Shown here: one piece after another, positions 51,962-63,928 of the stretch
Layout: each line of letters opens with the position of its first letter
How positions within the stretch are numbered: the first letter of the stretch is position 1
NCBI GenBank assembly: GCA_951406725.2
Contig: OX597843.1
Location: 14,074,001-14,138,000, forward strand
Reading direction: 5' to 3'
DNA: 64,000 nt
From: Octopus vulgaris
Lineage: Eukaryota
Translations under genes and position numbers: made by a program
The notes under the pieces: generated by a model
Database searches by the model: none
What the model was told of the DNA's origin: nothing
Seen by the model: only the letters and a program-made list of their open reading frames with translations

Positions 51962-52655
51962 GGAGCTTTTCCGTTTGACCGGCAGTTTTTTAAAAATAAT
52001 TTCCACGTAACTAAACACATTTAAACTTTGTATACTGGAAGAATGTGTTTATAAAACATCTTTTTCTCTTGGCTTTATTGAGAAAATTCTATAGTTTGTA
52101 AGGTATTTTCTTCAATTTTGGCAATTTCAACCAGTCAATGACGTCTATTGAGGTGAAAACATTATCTACCGTAAAATTTTCTGGCGGTGAAATATGAAAA
52201 TGTCCATCGTTTAAGAAACAGATTGGGTTTATTTACATTTCTGAAGGAAAAAAGATACCCTTCCCCCCCCCCCCCCTAACCCTAACCCTAACAGATTGAA
52301 ATGCAATAGATCGATACTAGGATCGATACTGGACACATAAAGAGGGAACGATTTTGTTATCCAGCTCTGTTTACGTGTGATCCCTCAATTTATGGCCACA
52401 GGGTATCTTTTTTCTCATAAAAAACAGACGTTTTCATATGACACCACCAGAAAATGTTACGGCAGAAATCGTTTTCACCTCAATAGACGTCATTGATTGG
52501 TTGAAATTGCCGAAATGCAAGAAATATAGAATTTTCTCAAGAAAGCCAAGAGAAGATGCTGCTTTATAAACACATTCTACCATTATACGAAGTTTAAAAC
52601 TGTTTAGTTACGTGAAAATTATTTTTAAAAACTGCCGGTCAAACGGAAAAGATCC
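51962..52655. mobile_element. Merlin-like MITE variant with ~250-bp inverted ends
   Basis: GG..CC termini, 8-bp TSD (C/G)TTTGTTG; both ends resemble one end of the 400-bp family; internal CCCTAA repeats. Confidence 0.75.
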
Positions 52656-52766
52656 GTTTGTTGCATTGAGTGCTCTTTCTGTTTATGCTCTTCACTGTCA
52701 AAACGAAAATCTCTGTTTCTGTATCTCTCTCTCTCTCTCTCTCTCTCTCTGCACTCTGACCGACAG

Positions 52767-53172
52767 GAATTGACCAAGGAAATCGAATTAATCAAAGCCC
52801 AGAAGCTCCAGCTGGAGACGGATCTGAATGACGTCCGTTCCAGCAGCCTTGCATTGGAGGAAAGCCTTCAGGTGACGAAGACGGAGAAAGAGGAAACGGC
52901 GGAAAAACTGCAGAAGCAAGTGAACTGTTTACAGAATGAACTGGAAGAGAAGACCAAGGAGATGGTGGTTGCTAAGGAGACGCTGCAGAAGGAGATGGAA
53001 GGGGTTCAAAGCCAACTGAAGAGCAGCCAAAGTACACAGCAGACAGCAGAGGAGAATTATACCAAAAATAAAGAGGAGATGGAGAGGAAATACGAAGATT
53101 TATTGACGGAAAAGAAAACCAGCGACAATGAACGTGAAGAGGCCCTCAAGAAACTCTACCAATTACTTATCG
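52767..53172 (+). CDS. HIP1: HIP1 exon N (long coiled-coil exon): ELTKEIELIKAQKLQLETDL...EEALKKLYQLLI
   Basis: CT tract + gacag / gtaaga, 406 nt, phase 0-1, E/K/Q-rich heptads. Confidence 0.93.
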
Positions 53173-54279
53173 GTAAGATGGAATTATTGGTTTGTTCTAA
53201 TGTTTGCTCTCTCTCTCTCTCTTGCCCAACTTCTCTTTCTCCCTACCTCTCTTTCTCTCCCTCCCTCCCTCTCTCTCTCTCCCCCTCTCTCTCCCCTTCT
53301 CTTCCTCCCTCTCTCTCTCCCCTTCTCTTCCTATTTCTCTCTCCCTCTATCTCCCTCCCTCTCTCTCTCCCTCCTCTCTCTCTCCCTCCTCTCTCTCTCT
53401 CCCTCCATCGCTCTCTCTCCCTCTCTCTCCCTCCCTCCTCTCTCTCTCCCTCCTCTCTCTCCCTCCATTCTCTTTTTTCTCCCTCTTCTCCCATTGTTCT
53501 CTCTTTCATCTTCTCACTTTATTTTTCAGATCCCTGACTCTATTGTAACAAAACCTGGCTTAGTGACCGGGATATTGAACTCCTGATCATAAAGCCTTTG
53601 GTGGTTCTATTCTCAGCCCCAGCAACACATTTTGCTCCTTGAGCAGAACCCTTCATTTCATGTTGGTCCAGTCTATTGAGTAGTAAAAGGAAATATCATT
53701 GCAGAGGACTAGCAACCTATCTTGGGGGAAATCTTGTATTTCTACCCAATCACGCATAAAAATATTTTAAAAACTGGGATAAGTTTGTGTTGGATGAGCA
53801 TGTGTGGCTGTCTGGTAAGAAGTTTTCTCTCCAACCACAAGGTTCTGGGATCATTCCTACTGTGTGGTACTTTGAGCAAGTGTCATGTGCTACAGCTCTG
53901 GGTCAACCAAAGATTTGTGAGTGGATCTGGTAGATGGAAACTGTGGAAGCCTGTAATGTGTGTGTGTGTGTGTGAGTATGCATGTCTGTGTGTATATGTT
54001 TCTATGTGTCTGTGTTACCATCTCCTTGCCTTGACATTGTGTAATAGTCGTAAACAAGTGTCCCTGTCATACAGGCAGTGTCCTTTGTTTCCTATCTTCC
54101 ATGAAGAACGTGTCTGGTCATGAGGAAAGCTTACCTTCGTTGGAAACAGGTTGACAGGAAGAGCCATCTGACTGTAGAAAACCTGTCTCAAGGAATTCCT
54201 TCCGACCCATGCAAGCATGATTATAGCATAGTGGGGGTCGGGGGATAGGGTAAATATCTGGATTAACTAAAACTAATTG

Positions 54280-55467
54280 CAGTGGTTGGACAAAATAATG
54301 GAAACACCTTAAAATTTATTTTAATATGGGGTAGGACTGCCTTTGCCAGTAATTACACCTTGAATTCTACAAGGTGTGGACTTGTACAAAGTTTGAATTG
54401 TTTCCAAAGGAATTTTAGTCCATTCTTCAGCTAAAACAGTCTCCAGTTCTTGTAGTGATGATGGTGGAGGATATCGACTCCTTACTTGTTTTTCTAAAAT
54501 GTGTCATTAATGTTCAATAATATTGAGATCTGGGGACTGTGGTGGCCAGATAAGATGTTCAGCTTCACTAGAATGTTCCTCGTGTCATTCAGTAACAACT
54601 TTAGCTGTGTGAATTGGTGCATTATCATCCTGAAAGATTATGTTTCCCTCTGGAAACAGTTCTGCAACCATAGGATGAATTTGATCAGTTAAAATGCTTA
54701 AATAGTCTTGACTATTAATTCTGCCATGAAGGGAAACCATTAGGCCGGTGGATTTCCATGATATAGCCCCTCTGATCATCACAGGTCCTCCTCCGTATTT
54801 AACAGTTGGAAGTAGGCAGTCTGGGTCAAATGCTTCTTTTGGCTGTCTCCACGCGTATACTCGACCTGTGATCGGAAATACGGTAAAGGATGACTTGTCC
54901 GAGAAAATAACATTCTTCCACTATTCTAGGGACCAATTCTGTAGATTTTTACTCTACTCTAAACGCTTAGTTTATGGAAGTAGTAGTTTTCTGATTGCAG
55001 CCCACCCGGTTTTGTGCAGCTCCCAGTGAGCAGTTTTGTGGAAACTGGGTTCTCGATGTGGTCATTAAGCTCTGCCGTAATTTTGGGAGCTGTACTTTTG
55101 TGATCATTTCTAACAATTCAGGTGAGAGTCTGAGGTCCCTATCTGACAGTTTTTGTTTTCTTCCGGAGTTTTGTTTCGACGAGGAGGTTTTTTTCTTCCT
55201 TTCTCAAAGGCTGTCATTACGTTCCAGACAGTACTCTTTGATACACCAAACATACGAGCACCAACAATTTGACCTCTTTGAAAGTCCGATAGATTTGTCA
55301 TTTTAATTACCTTTTTCTGATATCTGAAAGGAAACAGTAATTTTAGCAAAACATTAAGCAACACTAATAATAAATTTTTTTTAAAAAATATAATAAAGAA
55401 GCTTTTGACGGTTTTAGAGATATTTCAGAATTATGCTAGGTGTTTCCATTATTTTGTCCAACCCCTG
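54280..55467 (-). mobile_element. Defective Tc1-like transposon
   Basis: ~30-bp TIR CAG(T/G)GGTTGGACAAAATAATGGAAACACCT. Peptides LSDFQRGQIVGAR, IFQDDNAPIH, WPPQSPDLNIIE with stops and frameshifts. Confidence 0.92.
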
Positions 55468-56103
55468 CATATGAAAACTTAACTCAATGGTTCTCAACCT
55501 TTTTTTTGCATTGGCCCCATTTTAAGTAGTTGCTATGCCTGACTCCCACCAAAGAGGTGAGTGAGGTATCACAATTCAACTAACTTACAATAGATGACAA
55601 TTTATAAATTTTCCTCTCAGAATGGATTCTCTAAGCTTAACAGTGAAATGATTAAAAAATTCAGAAAGACAAAAGTTGTAATTTTTACATAATACATTGC
55701 AAGTTGATGACTTCCGTGTGCCTGATGAGATCCCATTTCATTTTAATAACTGTCACTAGTCTTAATCATGTATAATTACTGCTATAGGTAAAATTTAGTA
55801 TGTTATATTACCTAACTACCTACTAAGACCTAACGTCCCCTTTGACATGCTCAGTTGAGAACCTCTGTCTTATTTTGTCATCTTTATTTTCCAAATGTAA
55901 AAAGCACCCAGCAGACACTCCGTGGAGTGGTTGGCATTAGGAAGGGCATCCGGCTGTAGAAACCTGGCCAAAACAGACAATTGGAGCCAACTCCTGTCAA
56001 ACCATTCAACTGATACCATCAGTGAAAACAGACGTTAAGTGATGATGATGATGCTGATGATGGTAACCATAACCCTTATTCTTCTGCTGTTTTTCATTTT
56101 CAG

Positions 56104-56193
56104 AAAGCTGTGTAAAGCAATGCAACTCAATTCTCTTGGATGCCACAGAACAATCGGACAATCTTCTCCACCTTACTGTAGGTTGCTCAGCAG
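56104..56193 (+). CDS. HIP1: HIP1 exon O: ESCVKQCNSILLDATEQSDNLLHLTVGCSA
   Basis: ttttcag / gtaagt, 90 nt, phase 1-1. Similar to AAEQVIQDALNQLEEPPLISCAGSA. Confidence 0.9.
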
Positions 56194-56380
56194 GTAAGTG
56201 ACCAACGAGAGAGGACTATGTGTATGTGTGGTGGTGGTGAGGGCTTGCAGATCTCTAAAAGGAAAGACAGAGGGTGGGACATTTTGAAAGTCTGTTTCAC
56301 CTTTGCAGAGCGAGAGTATAGGGATCAAAGGGTCTGAATGGGGCCATTGGAGATTTGCTTGCAGATTTTCTAAAGGACTA

Positions 56381-56690
56381 AGTGCGGGCTTTGTCAAGTC
56401 TGAGTGCGGGCTTTGGCAGGTCTGAGTGCGGGCTTTGGCAGGTCTGAGTGCAGGCTTTGGCAGGTCTGAGTGTGGGCTTTGGCAGGTCTGAGTGTGGGCT
56501 TTGGCAGGTCTTTGTGCGAGCATTGGCAGGTCTGAGTGTGGGCTTTGGCAGGTCTGAGTGCGAGCTTTGGCAGGTCTGAGTGTGGGCTTTGGCGGGTTTG
56601 AGTGCGGGCGTTGGCAGGTCTGAGTACGGGCTTTGCCAGGTCTGAGTGCGGGCTTTGGCAGGTCTGAGTGCAGGTCTTGTAAAGGACTGA
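56381..56690. repeat. 22-bp minisatellite GGCAGGTCTGAGTGCGGGCTTT, ~14 units
   Basis: Direct inspection. Confidence 0.92.
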
Positions 56691-56907
56691 GTGTGGTCTT
56701 TCTGAGGGATTTGAGTGCAGTTTTCAGATGAACTCTGTGTGGCTTTCTAAAAATACAATATTTGTGAGAAAAATCATCAAATCTATTGGATTTTGTTGAT
56801 TGGGGTACATATTGATGGCCATGGTTGGAAGAGCATAAATTTGCATGCTGTTACTACTACTACTATTACTAATGAATATGCTTAATTACATTTTCCTTGT
56901 ATTTTAG

Positions 56908-56994
56908 ATTATTTATTGGACCGAATATTACCTGTTTACGAGTGTTTGGAGAAATTAGGGAACTCATTTCAGAATTACAAATCTAATCCAATTT
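56908..56994 (+). CDS. HIP1: HIP1 exon P: DYLLDRILPVYECLEKLGNSFQNYKSNPI
   Basis: attttag / gtaagt, 87 nt, phase 1-1. Similar to DHLLSTV..CIEQLEKSWSQY. Confidence 0.92.
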
Positions 56995-57097
56995 GTAAGT
57001 TCTTTAATACTTTTCTCCCCTTTGTTGCTTGCATCCATATCTTCAGACATCATACATTTTATATACATACATATATGTGTGTGTGTGTGTATATATA

Positions 57098-57483
57098 TCT
57101 CTCTCTATATAAACGGCAGTTTGTCTGTGCGTGTTTCTGTGTGTCTGTTTTCTCGTACCCTCACTCTGACCACGGCTTTCAACTGATTCTGATGAAACTT
57201 GACACACACATAGCCCAATGTCATAATTCAAAACTAACGCAGCGAAAATTTTGAAAAGTTCCCCCAGTTCTGAAAAAAATCGATAAATTCGACATGGGGT
57301 CGAGAATCAAAAAAAATAAACCACAGACTGTCTAGGGGACGCAACTCAACCTTTTTTTACTCTCAAAAAAAAATTTACCATCATTTTTTTCTATTTTTTT
57401 GCTATTTTTTGGCTATAACTCTCTAAAAATGCTTTATAGTTATTTCCCTTACAAACCTGAGCAACGCCGGGCGATACTGCTAG
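57098..57483 (+). mobile_element. Non-autonomous Helitron-like element
   Basis: A|TC...GCAACGCCGGGCGATACTGCTAG|T; 3' part shared with 43333-43644. Confidence 0.7.
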
Positions 57484-57539
57484 TATATATATAAATGGTT
57501 GTTTTCATGTTCAGTTACAAAAAACTAGTTTTACATTAA

Positions 57540-57761
57540 CCCTTTAGCATTTAAACCGGCCAAATCCGGCCAAAAGTATTCTGCCTGTTTTATGTTCAAA
57601 CTGGCCAGATCTGGTCTCTCACACCAACCCTACAACATCGTTTTAAAAATTAACAGCTACCTCATCAAAATCTCATAGCTACAAGATTAATGAATGATTA
57701 GTTCAAAATAATGTGGATAAAAAAGGATTAATTTGGGTAGAATAATGTGAACACTAAAGGG
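57540..57761. mobile_element. piggyBac-like MITE
   Basis: TTAA|CCCTTTAG...CTAAAGGG|TTAA. Confidence 0.8.
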
Positions 57762-57919
57762 TTAATCTGATGGGTTACTCTACGCTTTTGTAGAGTAGAA
57801 ATTTATTTATTAACTTCAAAGTCATCCTCAATAACATTCTTGTATAAGAATTATATATATATATATACACACGCACACACACATGCATAAAATGTATATT
57901 GCCCATCTATCTCAACTTT

Positions 57920-58870
57920 CCTGTTCCCTTTTACCCTCCTGTCCTTTTTGCCCCCTCTTTCCCCCTCTTACCTTCCTGACCCTTTTGTCCCCTCTTATCC
58001 TCCCATCCCTCTTACTCTTCCATCCCTCTTACCCTCTTGTCCCCCCTTTACCTCCCATCCCTCTTACTCTCCCATCCCTCTTACCCTCTTGTCCCCCCTT
58101 TACCTCCCATCCCTCTTACCCTCCTGACCCTCTTGTCCCCTCTTACCCTCCCATCCCTCTTGTTCCCTCTTACTCTCCCGTCCCTCTTGTCCCCTCTTAC
58201 CTCCTGACCCTTTTGTCCCCTCTTACCCTCCCATCCCTCTTACCCTCCTGTCCCTCCTACCCTCCCATCCCTCTTGTCCCCTCTTACCCTCCCGTCCCTC
58301 TTGTCCCCTCTTACCTGCTGACCCTTTTGTCCCCTCTTACCCTCCCATCCCTCTTACCCTCCTGTCCCTCTTGCCCTCCCATCCCTCTTGTCCCCTCTTT
58401 ACCTCCCATCCCTCTTACCCTCCTGTCCCTCCTACCCTCCCATCCCTCTTGTCCCCTCTTACCCTCCTTCCCTCTTGTCCCCTCTTACCTCCCATCCCTC
58501 TTACCCTCCTGTCCCTCCTACCCTCCCATCCCTCTTACCCTCCTGTCCCTCTTGCCCTCCCATCCCTCTTGTCCCCTCTTTACCTCCCATCCCTCTTGTC
58601 CCCTCTCCTGTCCCTCTTGTCCCCTCTTACCTCCTGACCCTCTTGTCCCCTCTTTACCTCCCATCCCTCTTACCCTCCTACCCTCCCATCCCTCTTGTCC
58701 CCTCTTACCCTCCCGTCCCTCTTGTCCCCTCTTACCTTCCTGTCCCCTTTTACCCTCCCATCCCTCTTGTCCCCTTTTACCCTCCCGTCCCTCTTACCCT
58801 CCCGTCCCTCTTACCCACCTGTCCCTCTTGTCCCCTCTTACTCACCCGTCACTCTTGTCCCCTGTTTCTC
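57920..58870. repeat. Pyrimidine-rich cryptic minisatellite of 9-10-nt modules (CCCTCTTAC, CCTCCCAT, CCCTCTTGTC)
   Basis: Direct inspection; source of the Pro/Leu/Ser ORFs. Confidence 0.9.
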
Positions 58871-59635
58871 TTGCCTCCAATTGCTATCCTGTTCCTCTTT
58901 CTACTACTTATCTCCTTTAACTCTCTTGGTCCCCTTTGCCATCCTCGACCCTTTTCTCCCCTTTTAATCTCTTGTCCCCTCTGGTCTCCTGTCGATCCTG
59001 TTCTCTCTACAAACCAACCAAAGACCAAAATGTTTCAAGGCTGGAATCGTTTAGGGTCTGGCTGTACAGGACCAGGGACCAGGCCTGTTCACCTCTCCCT
59101 TCTTAAAACAACAACTGTTGCCTTATTGCTTTTACTCTCTCTCTCATCCTCTTCTTTCACACATGGAAAGCACCCCCTCCTCTTCTGCTCCCATTTTACC
59201 AAGAAACTGGGTTTCTCCATGACCATCTCTTCTTATTTAGACCCTCCACAGTTACACTCTCATGTGTGCATTTTCTTTTTTGCCCCCCCCCCCCCCCGAC
59301 AATAAGCTGGGTTTTCCACCCTTCTTTCTCCCTCATATTCTCTCCCTCCCTCTCTTACACATTCTTTCATTGTCCCTCCTTTTTATTCTCTCTCCTTTCT
59401 CTTTCTCTCTCACCCTCTCACTTTCTCTTTCTCTCTCCCTTCATTACCACATCCCTCCCTCTTTCTTCTTCTCTCTCACCTCCATCCCTCTCTTCCACCT
59501 CTCTCAGTCTCTCCCTCCCCCTCCTCCTCCCTTCTCTCCAACCTTTTTCCTTATCTTCCTCTTTCCCACCTCACTCAGTTTCTCTCTCTCCCACCTCACT
59601 CTCTCACAGTCTCTCTCTCTTTCTCTCTCTTTCAG

Positions 59636-59743
59636 CTATACAAGACTTAATCACTTCAATGGTTGATTTTTCACACCGACTCTCCGACTCTGTCCAGTAT
59701 GGTTTAGCAACGTCACACTCGGCCCAGCTAAGTGCTGGTGAAG
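59636..59743 (+). CDS. HIP1: HIP1 exon Q: SIQDLITSMVDFSHRLSDSVQYGLATSHSAQLSAGE
   Basis: CT tract + ttcag / gtaaga, 108 nt, phase 1-1. Similar to ISGLLHSITLLAHLTSDAIAHGATT. Confidence 0.92.
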
Positions 59744-59999
59744 GTAAGATGCTGTGTGGTGGTGTTCATGCTGTGTCTCTGTATTTCGACATGGCGGAAT
59801 AGACCAATCCTCTGCACTCTTTAGTAGTAATAATAATAATTCTTTCTACTAAAGGCACAAGGTCTGAAATATGTAGGGAACATGTAAATCGATTTCATTG
59901 ACCCCAGTGTATAACTGGTACTCACTTTATTTAAAGGAACAAAGGCAAAGTTGGCCTTGGTGGAATTTGAACTCAAAACGTAACGGCAGACAAAATACC

Positions 60000-60231
60000 T
60001 ATTTCTTTACTACCCACAAGGGGCTAAACATAGAGGGGACAGATAAGGACAGACAAAGGGATTAAGTCGATTAGATTGACCCCAGTGCGTAACTGGTACT
60101 TAATTTATTGACCCCGAAAGGATGAAAGGCAAAGTCGACCTCGGCGGAATTTGAACTCAGAATGTAACGGCAGATGAAATACCGTTAGGCATTTCGCCCG
60201 GCGTGCTAACGTTTCTGCCAGCTCACTGCCC
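60000..60231 (-). mobile_element. Meta-like SINE with Tx1-like tail, nested in a related SINE
   Basis: Short TSD ATACC; the host SINE resumes on both sides. Confidence 0.8.
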
Positions 60232-60994
60232 TATACCACTAAGCATTTTGCTTGGGTTGCTAACAATTCTGCCAGCTTACCACCAAAGTAGTAGTAATAA
60301 TAATAATGATAATGTGTGTAAAATTTGTCTCTATACATCATCATCTATTGTCCATGCTTCATGTTGGACAGTTTAACAAGATCGAATGGCATGAACAACT
60401 GCATCCAACTGCAGTTGGCAGGGTTTCTACAACTGGATGCCCTTCCTTATGCCAACCACTTCAGTGTGTCTTGGGTGCTTTTTACGTGGCACTGACAGTG
60501 GTGAGGTTGTCATGTGGCTTGCAAGGCTACAAAATGTTTGAGGGGGAGTGCCTATGTTCAGAGACTAAGGAGTAAAGGAGTAGAGAGGGATAAAGTGTGG
60601 GGGAAAAAAAGGCCGGGGCAGAAGGGGTTTGTGAGGGAGGCCTCTACATGGTTGTTAGACCTGCTAGAAATAGCAATCAAATCTCTCTCAAGGAATCATT
60701 GAGAGGTGCTGGGAAGTGATAGAAATAGGGGAAATGAGGTGTCAGGATGGTTGGTCATAGTCGGCAGGGAGCAGAAGAGTGGTAATGATGATGTAGTAGA
60801 CAGGGAGAATGGTGAAAGAAAAAAATAATGAGTTGTTTGGGTGGGTTTTGCAGGAGTGGGCCAGGAAGGGAGAGGGGAAAGATGGTGGTGTAGGGGGAGG
60901 GGGACCAAGGATCAGTTTTATTAAAAATGAATTTGATTTTTCTGTATTTTTTTTGTTTCTATTTTGTATTTTCATTTGTTTCTTTCTTCTCCAG

Positions 60995-61060
60995 AATTAA
61001 ACACGACCTGTAAGAACACAATTGACGAAAGCATGAAGGCGTTAACCCAAATAGAGAAAG
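60995..61060 (+). CDS. HIP1: HIP1 exon R: ELNTTCKNTIDESMKALTQIEK
   Basis: ttctccag / gtaatt, 66 nt, phase 1-1. Similar to SLTEACKQYGRETLAYL. Confidence 0.87.
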
Positions 61061-61200
61061 GTAATTGAAGGGTTTCTGTTGGGGCTGGTAGTTGAACGCC
61101 TTCCACCCGCTCTCTCCGAGGGCAGCTCTGATTATGGCATGCCAGCCATGACTATCCTGTCTTTATTTGGTTTTTTTGGGGGTTTTTTTTCCTTTTTTCA

Positions 61201-61587
61201 AGTGGCTGAGTGGTAAGTAGCTTGCTTACCAACCACATGGTTCTGGGTTCAGTCCCACTGCGTGGCACCTTGGGCAATTGTCTTCTACTATAGCCTCGGG
61301 CTGACCAAAGCCTTGTGAGTGGATTTGGTAGACGGAAACTGAAAGAAGCCCGTCGTATATATATATGTGTGCATGTATGTTTGTGTGTCTGTGTTTGTCC
61401 CCCTAGCATTGCTTGACAATCGATGCTGGTGTGTTTACGTCCCCGTCACTTAGCGGTTCGGCAAAAGAGACCGATAGAATAAGTACTGGGCTTAGAAAAA
61501 GAATAAGTACCAGGGTCGAGTTGCTCGACTAAAGGCGGTGCTCCAGCATGGCCGCAGTCAAATGACTGAAACAAGTAAAAGAGAGAG
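61201..61587 (+). mobile_element. tRNA-derived SINE with CORE-like segment
   Basis: A box TGGCTGAGTGG, B-box-like GGTTCAGTCCC, GCACCTTGGGCAA core, ...GAAACAAGTAAAAGAG tail. Confidence 0.85.
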
Positions 61588-62929
61588 TAAATAGCAGCAT
61601 GGCTCTACGGTTAAGAAGCTTACCCTACACCCACATGGTTCCTGGTTCAGTCCCACTGCATGACACCTTGGGCAAGTGTCTTTTCCTATAGCCTTAGGCT
61701 GGCTAATGCCTTGTGAGTGAATTTGGTAGATGGAAACTGTGTGGAAGCCTGTCACACACACGCACACATATATGTGGCTGTGTGGTTAGGAAGCTTGATT
61801 CTCAACTACATGGTTCCAGGTTCAGTCTCATATGTAGCACTTTGTGTCTTCACCTGTGACTTGGCCACCGAAGCCTTGTGTGTGACTTTGGTAGGCAGAA
61901 GTTCTGTTGTGTGTATATGTTTGTGAAAGTGCTTGTGACTCCTTCAATGTGTGTGTGTGTGACAACCAGCCCTCTTTCACATGCACACATGCACCTTCAT
62001 GTTGGGGCGAGGTCACTTGACCCTGTTATCTCCCCTACTATCCCTCTAGCGTTTAACGTCTGACCTCTGACTTCTGCCTGAAATCAGAACGCCATGATGG
62101 ACCGTTATCTCCTACACGCATTTTTTTGTCTCCCTTGTTTCTTTTCTGTGTATCTTTCTGTCGAAGAGCGTAGGCTCGAAACATAAAAGACTTTCTCTAT
62201 TTCTATTCCTGAATGCTATACTAATACATTTGTTTGTTTGTACTCCACCTGCCTTCGTCTTTTGTTTATTTTTGTAAACCTTCCCGTTATATATATATAT
62301 ATATATATATTATTTAATACCAACACTCATCAAACAAGCCTAGTTTGTCAAGTTTGAATATGCTTCTACAAATATGTGAACTACTAATACAAACATACAT
62401 GTGCACACACACACACAAATGTATAATATTTAGCAGTTTTCACACATTGTGAAGCATAATGAAGGCTGTTGTTCACTGAGGAGGTCAGAATATGGCTGAA
62501 ACCTATCTGATGTTGCCTCCCCTTATATATCAGAAGATTGAAATTAATGATGTACACTATCATTATTCACCTGTAAAAACAACTCCTCTGCTTGGCCATG
62601 TGGTTAAGACATTCACTTCAGCCCTGTGACAAATTGGACCCAGGTTCAATCTCAATGATTGAGTGGCTGCTGTCATACATTCTAGTGAATCCAAATCGTA
62701 TATAAGAGAAAGAAGGAAACTGTATTGAAGCCTGTTCGATGGAACAGACTGTATTTGTTCTTGTGCAACAGATCTAACTCATTGTCATGTTTCACACCAT
62801 CCCCTTGACCCTTGGGAAGACCACGTTTTTTGATTCAAGGACCACTCCCTCCTCCTCCCTTGCCAGCCATGGGACTCTATCCTCCAACTACTTCCCTTTA
62901 GATTGAACTTACTTCAGTGCTCCCATATT

Positions 62930-63895
62930 GGGTGACCCCTGAGGCAGTCAAAGTACCCCAGCTGGGTCATTTGACAGCCTCCTTCAGTGCAAGTTCCCTG
63001 TCCATCATTTGATGCCAGTTCCTCTTAGGATGTCCCCTGTACTGTTGCCTCTAAGGGTTCCACTTAAGGATTTGATCAATGAGTGTGATAGTTGGAAATC
63101 TTACATGTTCCAGCCAACTCTGTTGGCACTTGCAGATGGTGATGGTCGCTAGGCATTGGGCTGATCTTCTCGTGACCTCTTCATCATCATCACTGTTTAA
63201 TGTCCACTTTCCATGCTGGCATGGGTTGGGCAGTTTGACTGGAGACTGACAAGCCAGAAGGCTCCAGTCTGATCTGGCAGTGTTTCTACAGCTGGATGCC
63301 TTTCCTAATGCCAACCACTCCAAGAGTGTAGTGGGTACCTTTTATGTGCCACCAGCACAGGAACCTGTCAGGCGAGCCTGGCATTGTTCACGTTTGGATA
63401 ATCCTTTTTACATGCCACCGGCACGGAAGCTAGTCATGGGTTATTGGCATTGGCCACATTCAAATGGTGCTTTTAACGTGCCACCGGCATGGGGGGGCCA
63501 GTCAGGTGGTCCTGGCATCAATCACGTACTAATAAAGTCCTTATATTTGATGCTTAGTATTTTCCAGAAGCCTTTACTTCCAACTGCATCCAGTTTCTTT
63601 TTCTGGGGATGCTTTTCACCTGCCTTGTTTCACAGCCATATGCGAGAGGAGAGAGTTTGTTGGATTTGCAGAACCACAATATGGCTTTTAGAGAAGATTT
63701 CTTGCTCTTCCAGGTTTTACTAAACTAGTTGAATTCTGCTGATATGTTTCCCATTCTGCAATTAAGCACCTTCACCCTGTCTTGTTTGCAGTGAATCAAG
63801 CTGCCAAGATAGATGAAGGTGTCTACGACCCGTGCTTTCTTCTGGTCAGGAAATGTGTCTCAGTATATGTTTTTGCTCTCCCTCAAGGCCACGCA
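62930..63895 (-). mobile_element. Decayed RTE-like LINE fragment interrupted by an RTE-tail element
   Basis: Minus-strand remnants VVDTFIYLGS and RGHPKRNW. Confidence 0.55.
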
Positions 63896-63928
63896 TTAAA
63901 TCCTATCCACTTTGTGTGCTTGTTGCAG

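Noticed and set aside
52273-52292. Interstitial telomere or fusion scar
   Set aside because: Only three CCCTAA units, and they are an internal part of a MITE family.
52770-53537. 255-aa single-exon coiled-coil gene
   Set aside because: It is HIP1 exon N plus read-through into a CT repeat after the donor at 53173.
57883-59305. 345-aa and 305-aa Pro-rich extensin-like ORFs
   Set aside because: Low-complexity C/T minisatellite inside an intron, open in several frames, no convincing splice sites.
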